64,000 nt of DNA from Squalus acanthias. Its lineage: Eukaryota. Position 1 is the first letter of the stretch. Each line of letters starts with the position of its first letter. The stretch spans positions 132,186,001 through 132,250,000 of the forward strand of contig CM059432.1 in the NCBI GenBank assembly GCA_030390025.1. The letters run 5' to 3'. The notes beneath the pieces were generated by a model that worked only from the letters and a program-made list of their open reading frames with translations, had not been told where the DNA came from and searched no databases. Made by a program: the position numbers and the translations under genes. Positions 1 through 13,900 of the stretch are shown here, in pieces.

Positions 1-128
1 GATACAATCTTGAAAGTCAAACCTTGCATCAAAAGCACACACCAGCTGCGACAAAGGCAGAGTGAAAATTTATCATAGAATGTATCTGGATGCCCAAGTC
101 TAAACATTTCAAATTTCTCTCAACATAG

Positions 129-278
<150 letters not shown>

Positions 279-1261
279 AAGGACTCATCTTGACCAAGTG
301 ACCTGAAACTACTGGAGAGGAACCACGTCCTCAATGCATAGCGATATAAAATCCCTGGAGCAATACCTCTCTGTAAATAATGTTTACAATTTTAAGTTTC
401 TACTTAAAAAGGCTTTTGTAATATATTTTGTACATAGTTTTCATAAAAATGTAATTTATTTGTTTTGGGGTTTTTTTTTGGTAACCATGTTTTAACTAGG
501 GGCTATAATGATGGCGATCGCAGTCACTGGGCTTTTAACTGAGGGTGAAAGATGCAGTGTAGGGTTAGGGAGGGAACTTCAGATGCAAATTTACTGCTGT
601 AAACACTCAAGCATCGTGAAAAGCTGCAAAGGCCACTTCATCACAGCCCTAGTTTGGACAGAATCTGCACATTACTTTTATAAAACGCACTCTGGACAAT
701 CATTTTCTTAAGAAATTTTTATTAGAAATTGCCAAGTAGTGTAAACTATTGACATAGTATCACATTTGTTTAATGATTTTTTTTTGTACAAAAGCTAAGT
801 GCCAACCACACAAATCTGCTGCTCCCCCTCCCTCTTGAACGATTCATTTCTCCTTACACACATGCTAACAAAAGTATGTTAAAATCAAGTGGTTTTCCTG
901 TACAGTTTGCTCACTCAACTTATTTGCATCAATGAGTATGAATAGTAAAGAGTTTTGCATCTTGAGGCTGCGTTCCCAAACGCTCACAATCTTTCATTCA
1001 AGAAGTGTCTTGACTGGCCACCAGTTTAATAGACTACCTGTCTAGTTTGATGCTTTGTAATTAATTTTGAAATCCTACAACTTAAAACTTGGCATAAAAT
1101 GAAAAATGACATTTCAGCCACCTTCTCTATCACACACTTTTACAAATGGTAGCCACCACTTTAACATTACTGGTCACAATTTTTTAAAAACATTTTTGAA
1201 TTCACTAAATTCAATTAAGAGCAGGGAGTTTCTGGAGTTGTTAACCCACAACTTATAATGT

Positions 1262-1315
1262 AATAAAAGGGGATGCAACTGTAACGTGGTAACTACTGCA
1301 TTGTCCTGTTTTATT
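1262..1315. terminator. Candidate convergent polyadenylation signals of BMP6 (AATAAA + at 1262-1267) and TXNDC5 (AATAAA - at 1310-1315)
   Basis: Hexamers seen directly between the two stop codons; usage is not demonstrated. Other minus-strand AATAAA at 455-460 and 718-723. Confidence 0.4.
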
Positions 1316-1870
1316 TCACTCAATGGATTTTTAAGTGGTCTTCCCCTTGACCAATTTACTCAATCCTAGCAATGATATTGGCTGGTGCCACAAGTCATTC
1401 TCTGATTTAAACAATACAAATTGTCTCAACCTCATTCGCACCCTACAAATCTAGCAGTCACTCACAGTATAGATTGACTTGACTTCCTTGATAACTCATG
1501 CAGGTGAATGTGGCTTGAAGATACACTGAGGTATTCTGTTCAGCTTTATGCCCACAGTACTGTAATTACTAACTAGTCAAGTACTGTTATACTATGATTG
1601 TCCAATAACTACGTATGAACCACATCCACAGAAGTGTTAAGATTGCAGATAGGGATGATGGAGCAAGCAAAATCTCACCTTTCATGACCACATACATAGA
1701 AGGCACCACCTTGTGGTGAAAGCTGCAGCCAACTTAATCTATCAGAAGGCTGTTAAGTTGGCATTAACTGTTACACATATCAAAAAATAACTACTAAATT
1801 CTTGCAAACAAATTTGGACACATTCATACATCAGTGACATGAGGTGGTGGTTGGGCTAAAAGTACATGCT

Positions 1871-1993
1871 CTACAGTTCATCCCTGGCTTGCTGTAGGAT
1901 GAAACTGTGAAGACTTTCTAGATCTCTTCCTCCATTGTGCTCGCTTAACTGTTGACCACCACGGAACAGCAGCAAAGTTGGATAACCACGGAT
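1871..1993 (-). CDS. TXNDC5: TXNDC5 exon 10 (terminal)
   Basis: ttttag|[40 protein letters not shown] (ER-retention signal RDEL). Confidence 0.96.
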   Translation of the reverse strand: MRGYPTLLLFRGGQQLSEHNGGRDLESLHSFILQQARDEL

Positions 1994-4900
1994 CTAAAAA
2001 AGAAAAATATTCGATTATTTTTTTAATATAAAAGATATGCCCAGCCTCCATTTCAAAAGTGGGTGGGGGTGGGGTGGGGGGGGGAAATCTAATTCTGAAA
2101 GTTTGAAGCCTTGGGGAATGTGTATACGTTAGAGTATATTCAGGACAGAGCTCGATAGATATTTGGATACTAAGGGAACCAAGCAACAGGAGTGCCATTC
2201 AGCCCCTCGAGCCTGTTCTGCCATTCAATGCATGTCTGATCTGTGATCAACTCCATATACCCTTTGGCCCATATCCCTTAATACCTTTGGTTAACAAAAA
2301 GCTATCAATCTCCGATTTACAATTAACAATGGATCTAGCATCAATTGCTGTTTGCGGAAGAGTGTTCCAAACTTCAACCACCCTTTGTGTGTAGAAGTGT
2401 TTCCTAATTTCACTCCTGAAAGGTCTGGCTCTAATTTTTAGACTCTGCCCCCCTAGTCCTAGAATCCCCAACCAGCGGAAATAGTTTCTCTCTATCTACC
2501 CTATCGGTTCCCCTAAATATCCTGAAAACTTCAATCAGATCACCCCTTAACCTCTAAATTCTAGGGAATACAGCCCTAATTTGTGTAAAATCTCCTCGTA
2601 ACTTAACCCTTGAAGTCTTGGTATCATTCTGGTAAACCTACGCTGCACTCCCTCCAAGGCAAATATATCCTTCCTACGGTGTGGTGCCCAGAACTGCTCA
2701 CAGTACTCCAGGTGTGGTCTAACCAGGGTTTTGTATAGTTGCAGCACAACTTCTGTCCCCTTGTACGCTAATCCTCTAGACATAAAGGCCACTATTCCAT
2801 TGGCTTTTTTGATTATTTTCTGTACCGTTTAATGATCTATGGGGGGAAAATTCGGTTGGTTAGCGCCTCCAACGACTTACTGCCCGTGCGTGACGATTCT
2901 AGCACCGCCCACAAAATTCAATCGGCGATTTGTGGTGGCGCTAAACACTACCAGCACGATCTCCTGCGCCCAGAGATCGTGACATCATCCAAGCACGTAG
3001 TGACCCGGACCGGAAATTGAATCTCGCCGCCTGCTGCTAGGAACGACAGGTAGAGGGGGACGGTTTGCAGTCAGCTGGTAGCGCTATTTAAAGGCGTGCG
3101 CTTCCTGTTTTTTCCACCGCCACAACCAGAGCCTCCAATGCCTGGTCGCTGAACCGGCGAGCTCGCTCCCTGGGCCTCTGAGCAGCCATGATATTCCTGG
3201 ATGAAGAATTGTACCTCCTTGCAGGCCCAGGTCAAAAGCAGCAATGATCAGGGTGAGGCTGTGCAGCATGATTAAACCTCTAAGAACTGGAATGCGCCAG
3301 TCTGTCTGAGTACTAGGTACAGGAAACTCTCTTTTAACCGGCACCCAAATAACCGGAAATCTCTCTTAACCGGCAAAATTCTTGAGTAGGTAACCGGGGT
3401 TTTCCTTCATCTCTCCTTTAAAAATAACTTTTTAAAAAACCGAGGCATTTGCCTTGTATCGGAGTGTGTAGATTGGGAGGGGAATGTGCAGCCCGGGTAA
3501 GCAGCGGACAGGACAGATGGTCAGCTGGCGGTCCCCGGGGAGACGGAGCTCCGAATGCAGGCGCGTGTCAGTGTGTACGGGGCTCTCGTACGTTGGGAGA
3601 TATAACTCCATTATCCAGACTTTTTGATTAACCGGCACCACGCCGGTCCCGTCGGTGCCGGTTAATAAAGAGTTTCCTATAATTGACAGCGCTTGAGCTT
3701 GAGTAGCGCTCTGAGGTACTCCCGCCATTAGTGCCCTAAGGGAAGTGTGTAGCGCTTGATTTAGCGCTCCAATCACCTCCAGGGGCTGCTGGAATTTTCC
3801 AACCTAAAGGGACGGTTCCTGAATCTAGAGAACGTTGGAAGATTATAGTTAGGGCATCTGCAATGTGCTCACCTACTTCCTTTAAAACCCTGGGATGGAA
3901 CCCATCTGGCCCTGGGGATTTGTCACTCTTTCGTGTTATTACTTTTATTTTACCTACATTAATTTTGAGTCCCTGGCCCCGATTCAATATTAGTTCTTTG
4001 GGATTTCCGGCATGCTATCCTCTTCTACTGTAAATACTGACGCAAAGTAATTATTCAACATGTCCACCATTTCCCCAGTCACTGACAATATCACCACTTT
4101 CAGTTTTTAAGGGGCCAACATTGCTCCTGACCACCCTCTTTTTCCTAACGTAACTGTAAAAATTCTTCGTAGATTGATTGATATCCCTTGCAAGTTTCTT
4201 TTCATACTCCCTTTATATCGCTCTTACTATCTGTTTTATGACCCTTTGCTGTTCTTGGTATCTTTCCCATTTTTTGTATGCCCTTTCCTTTAGTTTTATG
4301 CTGTCCCTTACCTCTTTAGTTGTCCATGGCTGTTTTTTGGGGGATATGGGGATAGTTCAGGAAGATGGAGTTGAGGTAGAAGATCAGCCATGATCTTATT
4401 GAATGGCGGGGCAGGCTCGAAGGGCCGAATGGCCTACTCCTGCTCCTATTTCTTATGTTCTTATCACAACTTGTGATTTTTCTCAACACTTTTCCAAGTG
4501 ATTGTACAGACTGGATAGTTAAGGCAGTGATTTCCATGTAATCTGGACTGGCTTCTGGCCTGAGGCTTGGAGAGGAATTTTCCATAGTATTTTTTTCCCC
4601 CCCTCGATGGCCCTGGATTTTTTCTCTCTTTTGCCACTGCCACAAGATTAAATGGCAGTGGGGGAGCGAGGGTAGTAGAAAGTGTCGAGTCACAACTGAC
4701 CAGCTGGTCCTGTGCTGCCGTTACTTTCGTATGTTCACACAAAGGGTAGTCATAATCTGGAACTTCCCCCAAAAGGCTGCTGACTAGGTCAATTGAAAAT
4801 TTCAAAAGTGATTAGATTTTTGTTCGGTAAGGGTATTAATTGATGGGGAACCAAGGCGGGTAGATGGGGTTAAGGTACAGATCAGCCATGAGTTAATTGA

Positions 4901-7900
4901 ATGGCGGAACAGGCCACAGGGCCTACTCCTGTTCCTATGTTGCAGTATCACTGGTGGATGGAAACCAAGCCATGCAATATCAAATTTACATCCCATAAAT
5001 GTCAAACTGTATCCAGTGCTGTTTAAACAATGGGAAATCACAGGTGGCTACTGTACCTGTGCAGTTTCCACATCAGCTATCTACTCTAATCCCATCTTCT
5101 TACTCTTCCTGTACCCTTCAATATTTTCCTTTACAACTGTTTATCTAATTCCCTCATAAGTGGCATGATTGACTCAGTTTAATCATCAGTTGTAATAATG
5201 CATTCTATGTTCACTTCTCCCCATTTATTCTAATCCTAAATTTAAGCTTCCTTGTTACCTACTCCTCAACCAGTAGAAATAATCTTGCACTATTTACCCT
5301 CTGACCTTTGAACACTTATTAGATTCCCCATCAACCTTTTCAGTTTCCAAATTTCTCAGCAGGACTAAATCCCTGGTATGATTCTAATCTATGTTGCACC
5401 TTTTCCGTGGGTCAAATATGGTTTCTGTAAAGAGTACCCAAAACCGTACCCAATAATCTAATTGTAACCTGACCAAATGTGTCTTATAGATTCAAGAGCT
5501 GGAAAGTGGGATTAAGCAGGATAGCTCTTTCGGCCAGCACAGACACGATGGGCCGAGTGGCCGCCTCCTGTGCCATAAATTTCCATGATTCTTCTTCATC
5601 TCCTTGCTTATAATTCCCTTTGCTTTTTCAACCTGCTTTTTGCCCTCTGTTCCTCCACTCATTGAGAATGTTACCATTTAAGTTGTATTTCCCCCACCCC
5701 CCCACCACCACCAAAATATTTAACTGCATTTGGCACATAGAAATCCACTACCTAATCTATAATGTTCTAATTGAGCGTCAAAGTTTGATATTAATTCCTC
5801 CATGCCACTTTTCAAACTCACTTATGTATATGGAAGACGAGAGGGCACACTTCTAGCTACAACTACCCGTTTACTCCTACTCTCTTTTTCAATCCTTAAG
5901 CCAGTCCTCCAAGCAACCACTTTACATTTAATACCATGGGGCTTAACCTTTGCAACAAGTCCCTTATGTGTCATTTACCAAGTACTTTCTGAAAGTCCAA
6001 TCATCAGTCTTTATCTATACAGTCAGTAATCAACTAAACTAGCCAAGCTCAATCTGCCTTTCACAAATCCGTATCGACTGTCCCCAATCAGTGACCATAC
6101 AGGCATTCGCTTATGGTTGCCAGCACTTTTCCCTCCTACCAAGGAAGCCAACTGGTTTTTAATTACCTAGCTAATCCTTTTCCTCTGCTAATCCTTATCC
6201 TCTTCTACCACCCTCCAGTCCTCTGGCACAATTCCAGTTTCCAAAAAGTTTTGCAAAACCGTGGTATATCTAGTTCATCACTGACCTCCCTCAGTATTCT
6301 GGAGTGTAGTTTATCCAGGCTTTGTGATTTAACTACAGCCCATTAATCCTCTTAATACAGTTCCTATTACAATATCTGTAACTTAGTTGCTCTTCCACAT
6401 CCTCCTCTGGTGCTTCTGCCAATCTTCCCTTCACCTTCCTCTGACCAGAGGCAGAACACTCAAGTATCTCTTTCACTCTTATTCTCTACTACAAGATTGC
6501 CTTCTGGCACCTTTGCTTCTTTGACCATCCTCTTACATTTGATCTCCTTACACACAGCCTAGTCGACGTTTTTAATACTCCCACTTCTAATCACCCCTTT
6601 TGCTATCACAGTATCTAACTCTCTTCCAATCCAACCAAAACAGTGTCTTTTCATATCTGTACAGTTCCCTGAATAAAAGTCAAATTCACCGTTTACCCTC
6701 CATACACATTCATCATACGGCATTATCCTAAAGGGAGAAATCCCTGAACAAAGGTCAATTTACAATTTCTATTCTCTGAAGTTACGTGATTATCTTCCTT
6801 TAGCAATCCAGTACCACATAAAAGCCCCACCTCCAGTTCTCTTGATCAACAGCAGTGTTATTATATATTGCAAGAGGAAGATTTTTAAATAATTTGCTCT
6901 TATAATCTGCTGATTCAAGCTGGTGATGCTTCAATGGTATCCTTGTTGATTCAACGGTTTAGCTTTGACTGCATTGCCTTTCTGGCTGGTCCTATTGGAC
7001 AACTATTCAAGTTAAAGTGCTCCAATACATGCATGGAGCAGTCAGCAAATGTTGTCACGTGTTGGCAGTCAGTCTCTGGCACAGGGCCTGCACTCCAATC
7101 CCAAAGCAGGCAATCCCAAGTCAGAGATTCACCATACAAGGACATCCTGACTAGTTATGGGACTGGTCTGTTGAGATGGGTGCTGTATTGCCTCTTATGA
7201 CTGATATTATGTGGTGTGGTACATACAGCTATCTTGAACCAATTCTAAAAGTTGCTCCAGCGGACATCTTGGACAGGATGACCTTGTCACAGCTGCCAAG
7301 TACGTCTCGTGAATAATCTCTTGGTGCCTCTGTACAAGAGCAAAGAGTTCCGGTTTGCGACCTCCAGCCAGCAACGCATACTGGAAGCTGACGGGTCAGG
7401 TTAGGTCAAAAACCGGCTTAGCTGAGACAGCCCTTCTCGTTTGAAAGAGGAAAAATGATATTCAAGAAAAGGAGAGTAATTTAAGGCCCTTCATTCTGTG
7501 TTGAATTAAAAACATTTATTTGATTACATGAAAGGAAAGTGTAGCTGGATCCTCAAATCAGAAGTTACCATCTGCTTAGAATTAGATTTTATTGTAATTA
7601 AGCAAAATATGAAACTCATAACACTGACCCACATTCAGAAGATAAATGTTCTGGAAGGATATACAAACAAAGAGAGGCTTTTGCCATCTTATTTTTCTTT
7701 AAATATGAGAAACTGAATAGTGTATGATTTCAACCCCCACCCGACCCATCCCTGGAGAATTATTTTAAATCCTATTGAGGTCTAACATAATTAATGCTTA
7801 CCCCAAAACAGCTGTCATTTCAGTAAAATAATTCTTTCTCCAGCCCACTTAAATGTAGCCTTTCTACCTTGAACACCACACCTTTAGCAGTACAACACAT

Positions 7901-10900
7901 ATACACGTGTTGCACTTCTTTTAGCCTCAACCCGTCACATTAACACCTCCTCTTGCCTTGATCATCTCTTAATGTCTCTCAATGTCTCTTAATCTCTCCT
8001 TTTGTTCTTTCATCCCCTCCCCCTTTTCCCAGCTTTATACTTGCTTTAAATCTATTTCATTTCCTGCTTTTTCCAGTTCTGACGAAAGGTCTTCGACCTG
8101 AAACGTTAACTCTGTTTCTCTCTCCACGGATGCTGCCTGGCCTGCTGAGTTTTTCCAGCGTTTTCTGTTGTTATTACACATATGTCAATGTGCACCAAAA
8201 TGCAGCAACAACAGGCGTGTCTATTGCCCTACTAAATGTAGAACAAGATCAACTGAAAGACAAAACCCATCACACCTTGGCACAAGACAACCTACAAGTT
8301 AGTTATTATTGTTCAGACACATTTTGTGTTATAGTTGCATATGGTTTAGCGCTTTTTTTTTAAAATACAAAAAAAAAATCAAAATCCTGTAGATAAATGG
8401 GGTGGCAGGGAGCTGGTCTGTCAACCTAAAATATTGTCCACATAGTTTAGAAACGAAAGACATTTATTCGACCCGCGAGAAGAAATCAAATACAACACTG
8501 CTCAGTAGCAGCCTATGGTAGACCTGCCATTCTATATGCAACAGTCTGTCAATGAGCAGGTCTTACTATAGGAGCAGGTGGACATCCTTCCTGCTACTGC
8601 ACGTTCTTCCCAACCAGACTAAGAAAGTCAGCCTTGACTAGCCCGTATTTTACAGCCTTCACAAATGTTCAGTTTTTGTCATTTGTCCATATTAAATTCA
8701 ATAAACCTTGAAATACTTCAAAAACTGCTACTTTAAACTACACGAAAATTAGAAGTAAAAAAAAAAATGGCATACTGAAAAACGAAAGCAATCCTTCAAC
8801 TTTTTCAACATCTCTGGTTAATAGTTTCTTACTTACTGTGTACTGATTACAGAGGGAACGCTGTTCCGTACAGTCCACTTTTGCAATCTTGACATCACTT
8901 AAACCAGGGAACTCCCGCTTGGCAAGTTCCTCCCAGGTTGGTGCTAGACTCTTACAATGACCACACCTATAGACAAAGACAGATTGTGTGGATTACAAGT
9001 GGAGGTACTTGGTGTTCGAGTTCAAAGTTTCTTCCATGTGCTGCACAGAAGTACCTGGAAAAGAATATCTTGGCTTTCACTGTGAACTAGCGGTTTTCAA
9101 ATTTGGAGGCCCCCCCTGTAAATATTGGCACACCTTCAAGGATCCCGTGCTCATTTCTGAAAGACAGTATTAGCCAATCCAAAGGAAAACTATGCCACGG
9201 TACACCGCTGAACAGAAACACAACAAATACAGAAAATTCTGAAACATAACCATCTCAAGGAGCTCCTAGAATCCTCAGACCATCCATGTTCCAGGATCCC
9301 TTTTACACTGTAAACAAGAGGACTATAACTACTGATGATGTTCAAAGTATTGGCATCCAATAAGTTGTCTCACTGGTCTCAGAAGCTGCAGGACACTTTA
9401 GAATAGATCCACTGCACAGCTTATTATGCTGACAGCTTTATAGTCGAGGAAACACTGTTAGTCATTAACGCAACATTTATTTGAGGGCCAAACTCCTTAC
9501 TCAACTGGGTTTCCCGATGCACACACCACCCTTGTGAAACAGGTAGCCTGCTCCAAAGACCTCTGCCATTCTGAAATTAGCCACTAGGAGGTACACAACA
9601 CCCCATTCAATTCTCCCGCCTTCGCACAAACCCATAACCACTGCTCAATATACTATGCTATAACATTGTGTAGGTTCTCCACAGAGACACTCCTAGGCTA
9701 CGTTGTGTCATTGAGAGTCAGAAGGTTGTTCAAGTCCCATACTGGGACCAAAGCTTATAATCTACACTAACACTCCAGTACTGACGGACTGCAACATCTT
9801 TGCAGCTGCTTTCCTTCAGACAGGACATTAAACCTGCCCATTCATGTGGACGCTAAAGATCTCATGTAGTTCAAAGAGCATGGCGTCCTACTGGTGTCCG
9901 AGCCAGCACTGCTCCCTCAAACACCAAAGAGTAGATTAACTGGTCATTCGCCTCGTCGCTGTTTGTGGGATGTTGCTGGTGCTTAACAGCTTACATACAA
10001 CAATCATTGTAGCAAATTCTTTGGCATGTTTCAATAGTGTGATGAGCCACCATAAAAGGCAAGTATAACTTCTTTATCATCAGGTGTCCTCGCTGCCTGC
10101 CTAATGTAGCACTGGCAGAGGATTGGCAAGAACTTTACAGCCAAGGAATGGATGTAACATGAAAAGCCCTATTCATATTTGCTGTCTTTACCCTTAACAG
10201 CACAACTAAATGCTAGTGTAGTACCTTTCTTCCTCTTTGCCACCCCCCACCCCACCTTCCACACTGGCTCCTGCCAACAGGTAACGTTCTTAAGCCAGGA
10301 GGGTGCTCTGGGCCATTGAGGTGCTGGTTAGACCGGGTAGTTCAGCTGGTTGAGTGCTGAATTCCAGGCCTGAAGGTCTCGGGTCGAAAATCCCAGCAGG
10401 GTCCTCTCAGCCCTTCATCCTCCCAAGCTGAATAAAATTAGTACCAGATCTTAGAATGCACAGAGGAAGCGGGAGACGGCAGGGATTGAGCAGTGCTCGC
10501 TACACTGTTGCAGCATGTCCTGGCTCTTCAATAGAAACAGGCATCAGTACCTTGCCCAATAATGGAGACCAACCTCCACAGGTAATCAATCTCTTGCTTG
10601 GACCCTTCTTGCCAGCACTCCTTCCATGGCAGGAAAGTAAGTGACATCTAGAAACGTAGCCATGGAATTGGTGAGACCATCGACTCAACCTGGTTACAAT
10701 GCGGGTTTCAATTTCATTTTTTGGGGGCAATTGTGTTACGAAGACTTCACAAATATGGGGAAATTTCAAAGGAAGATGTGGGAAGTATCTGAAGATACAA
10801 GCTACTGCCAGCATTCTTTTCTTCTAAAAAAAACCCCCAAATTTTTCACATAGCCTCTCCGTGACACCACAATCTTCTTGCTGGAGGTTTATCTTTAGTG

Positions 10901-13900
10901 GGAGAACATCAACAATGTCAAATTCCAACTCCTTTTCTTCCCCCACAGAAAAGGTACTTCCTCCAACAGCCTAGCTATGAATTGTCGCCGCTACAAGATT
11001 GGGTTGTCTCCTACACACAGATTAAAAGCTGGGAACTCTCTGAATAAACTAGCCTGCGTGATCCTTTTGACCTGGCCTGCATTCCCTTCATTAATAACCG
11101 CAGAACATTACTTACCAGGGAGCATAAAACTTCACAAAAGTGACACCCGTGGCAATGGTCTGCTCAAAATCACTTTCAGTCAGGGTGAGCACACTGTACT
11201 GCAGAGAGGGAAGAAAAAAAAAGTTGTCATGAAATGCAAAAGCATAAGAAGCTTTAGATTGAAAGATGCCTTAAGTCACTTATGTTCCATCCCATTTTTA
11301 AGTTTAAGGTCCCCAGTGACATAACTGTCAGATGGCAAGTGGACAGCCTAGTCCCAAACCTCCACAATTCTTCATCTGCATCCACTAAGTTAGCCAGTAG
11401 CCCCCCTCGAGTGTAGGAGAAACGTACCTGGCCTCCCCATGATAACACACCTGGGATACAGAAGTCCAGTTTGTGCCAAATAGAATCATAGAATGGTTAC
11501 AGCACAGAAGGAGGCCATTCGGCCCGTCGAGCCCGTGCCAGCTCTCTGCAAGAGCACTTCAGCTAGTCCCACTCCCCCGCCCTTTCTCCGTAGCCCTGCA
11601 AATTTGTTTCCTTCAGGTACTTATCCAATTCCCTTTTGAAAGCCATGATTGAGTCTGCCTCCACCACTCTCTTGGGCAATGCATTACAGATCCTAACCAC
11701 TCGCCCTTTTCCCCGTAGCCCTCATGATTTTGAACACCTCTATCAAATCTCCACTCGACCTTCTCTGCTCTAAGGAGAACCACCCCAGCTTCTCCAGTCT
11801 ATGAAGTCCCCCATCCCTGGAACCATTCTTGTAAATAGGGGGTTGAAATGCGGTGTGATATGGTCTATTTTTACGTCAAATTTGTGGAGTCTTTGCATAC
11901 AATCAATCCACAAAAGATTACATAAAATAGAGACCTTTAAAATGCATTTTCCAATACATAGGGGGAGAAATTGGGTTGCTTTGTGCCTCTCGTTAGCGCC
12001 CGGGGCGCAAATGCCCTAGCGCCCGGGCGTGGCGCCGCTAACGCCTCCCGCGAAATTCAGTGGGAGATTAGCGACGGCGGTAGCCGGTAGCACCTCGCTC
12101 CGCTGGCGATGATGACGTCATCGCCGTGCGTAGCGCCCTGTTTGTGCCCCGGCCGCAAATTTCCCTTGCGCCCCCTGAACCATCACCGGGCGACGGGACC
12201 GACAGGATCAGGGGGCGTTTTTGCAGTGGCGGCAGCTCTACTTAAAGGGCAGGTGTCGGGCGGCCATTTTTATTTTGGCTGACTGCCAGCACCTGCCCAC
12301 CTTTAACATTTCTATGTGGGGTGCTGGCTGCGATCGTTCAGCCCGGCGCTCCTCGAGTGCCGGGCTGTTTCCACGGCACCCCGGTGGTCCGGCAGGGCCC
12401 CAGTGCGTGCGGCGCGGCGCTAGGCCCCTCCCCTTTAATCAGGGGAGGAGGCCTGCAATAACAGGTGCTACCTGCTGCCGCGCATGGCGCTGTTGCACGT
12501 AGCGCCGCAACATTGAGTAGTAGCGCCCCAAGGAGGTGGAGCGCTTCCAGTAGCGTCCCCCGTAAATTCAGGAGGTGGGAGGGGCGATAACTTTTTCGGG
12601 GCGCTAAAATTAGGCGCTACCCAATTTTCTGCCCCCCCCCTAGTCTTCTAGACTGGTCCACCCAACCTTCTTTCATCTCATTTTTCAGTCTTTCTCTGAC
12701 ACAGTTTATTTACTGGTTTTAGACTAAAATTAGAAGCAATGGCAGAAATTTAACTTGTTTATTGCGTATGTAGATTGGGCAGGAGATTTTGCAAAGGAAA
12801 ACTAACTTAACTGAATTTAAGGTGCTTTTCTTCTTTGAAAAAAATTGTTGCATGAACATTCTTATTGCGCTTAGTACAACTTGAACATTTTCAGCTGAAG
12901 TCAATTCTATCGTGTCCCAATTTTTTAAATATTGATTTCAATATTGCATTTATGAGCACCATCAGCCAGCTTAAACCTGCAACCTTTCTCCTACCAAGAA
13001 CCAACCCAAACTACATGAAAGGCACATTAAATCTGTTCAGTGACTAGAGGTATTAACACTTAGGGCTGGATTTTCTCAGCCCCGAGGAGGCGGGATTGCC
13101 GGGAAAGTTGCAGAATTTGGGGGCGGGTCAAGCCCTCTTGCCAGGAGGCGGGAAGACGTCTGGCCCCGGGTCCCGTCTCCTTGGAGGCGGGAAGGGATTA
13201 AAGCCTATTAACTGCCTGTTAACAGGTAGTTAACAGGCAGATAATAGGATTATCCCCATTTTTCGTGCTGAAGTGCGGGCTTCCCGACCAGGGGGAAACC
13301 CCGCCGGTGAGTAGGAGGTCTGCGGGGGTCGGAGGGGTCTGAAAGTGCGATGTAGAGGTGAGTAATGGATGCAAGTGTGGAGTGGTAAGTATGTGAGGTG
13401 AGTGTAAAATGTTAGAAAATGTTAACTTACCTTTGTTTCTACCTACAGCCTTCAGCCGCTGTGGAGCCGGAGTCTCCGCCATCTCCATTGTAGAGATCGC
13501 AGTCTGGCTGTTGCATCTTCCGATCCAACAGCCAGCTAATTTCTGCAAAGTAGAAAGGTTTGATGAGTCCTGAACACAAGGACTCATCAAACTACACAGA
13601 ATGTCAGTGTTTGACAGCTTCACAGAGCTGTCAAAAGAAGACATTTCTTCTTTCAAAAGTTCTTGACAGATGACACGTCATACGTTGACGTGCTCTGTCA
13701 CTGACTTCCCCCTAATTGGCCTGCTGAGCCCGCTGGGCGGGCTTAACAAGGTCAATCAGGGGAAATTCCCGCTGGTTGGCCAGAAGCTGATGGAGGCGGG
13801 ATTGAAACCCGGCAAGCAGTAGTTCCGCCTCCAAAAGCTTCCCATTGAGAAAATCCAGCCCTTAGAAAGAAACCATTATAAGATTAGAAGAGGAGAGCAT

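Noticed and set aside
1728..1762. 10-bp stem GCCAACTTAA / TTAAGTTGGC in the TXNDC5 3' UTR
   Set aside because: Single short hairpin with no SECIS or IRE consensus; could arise by chance.
8988..9700. Faint resemblance to DIRS-type RT/RNase H fragments
   Set aside because: Too degraded to support by eye; needs a profile search.
13558..13592. TGATGAG followed by a stem, suggesting a hammerhead
   Set aside because: Reads TTGATGA rather than CTGATGA, is fully paired within a perfect hairpin, and has no GAAA/NUH in register.
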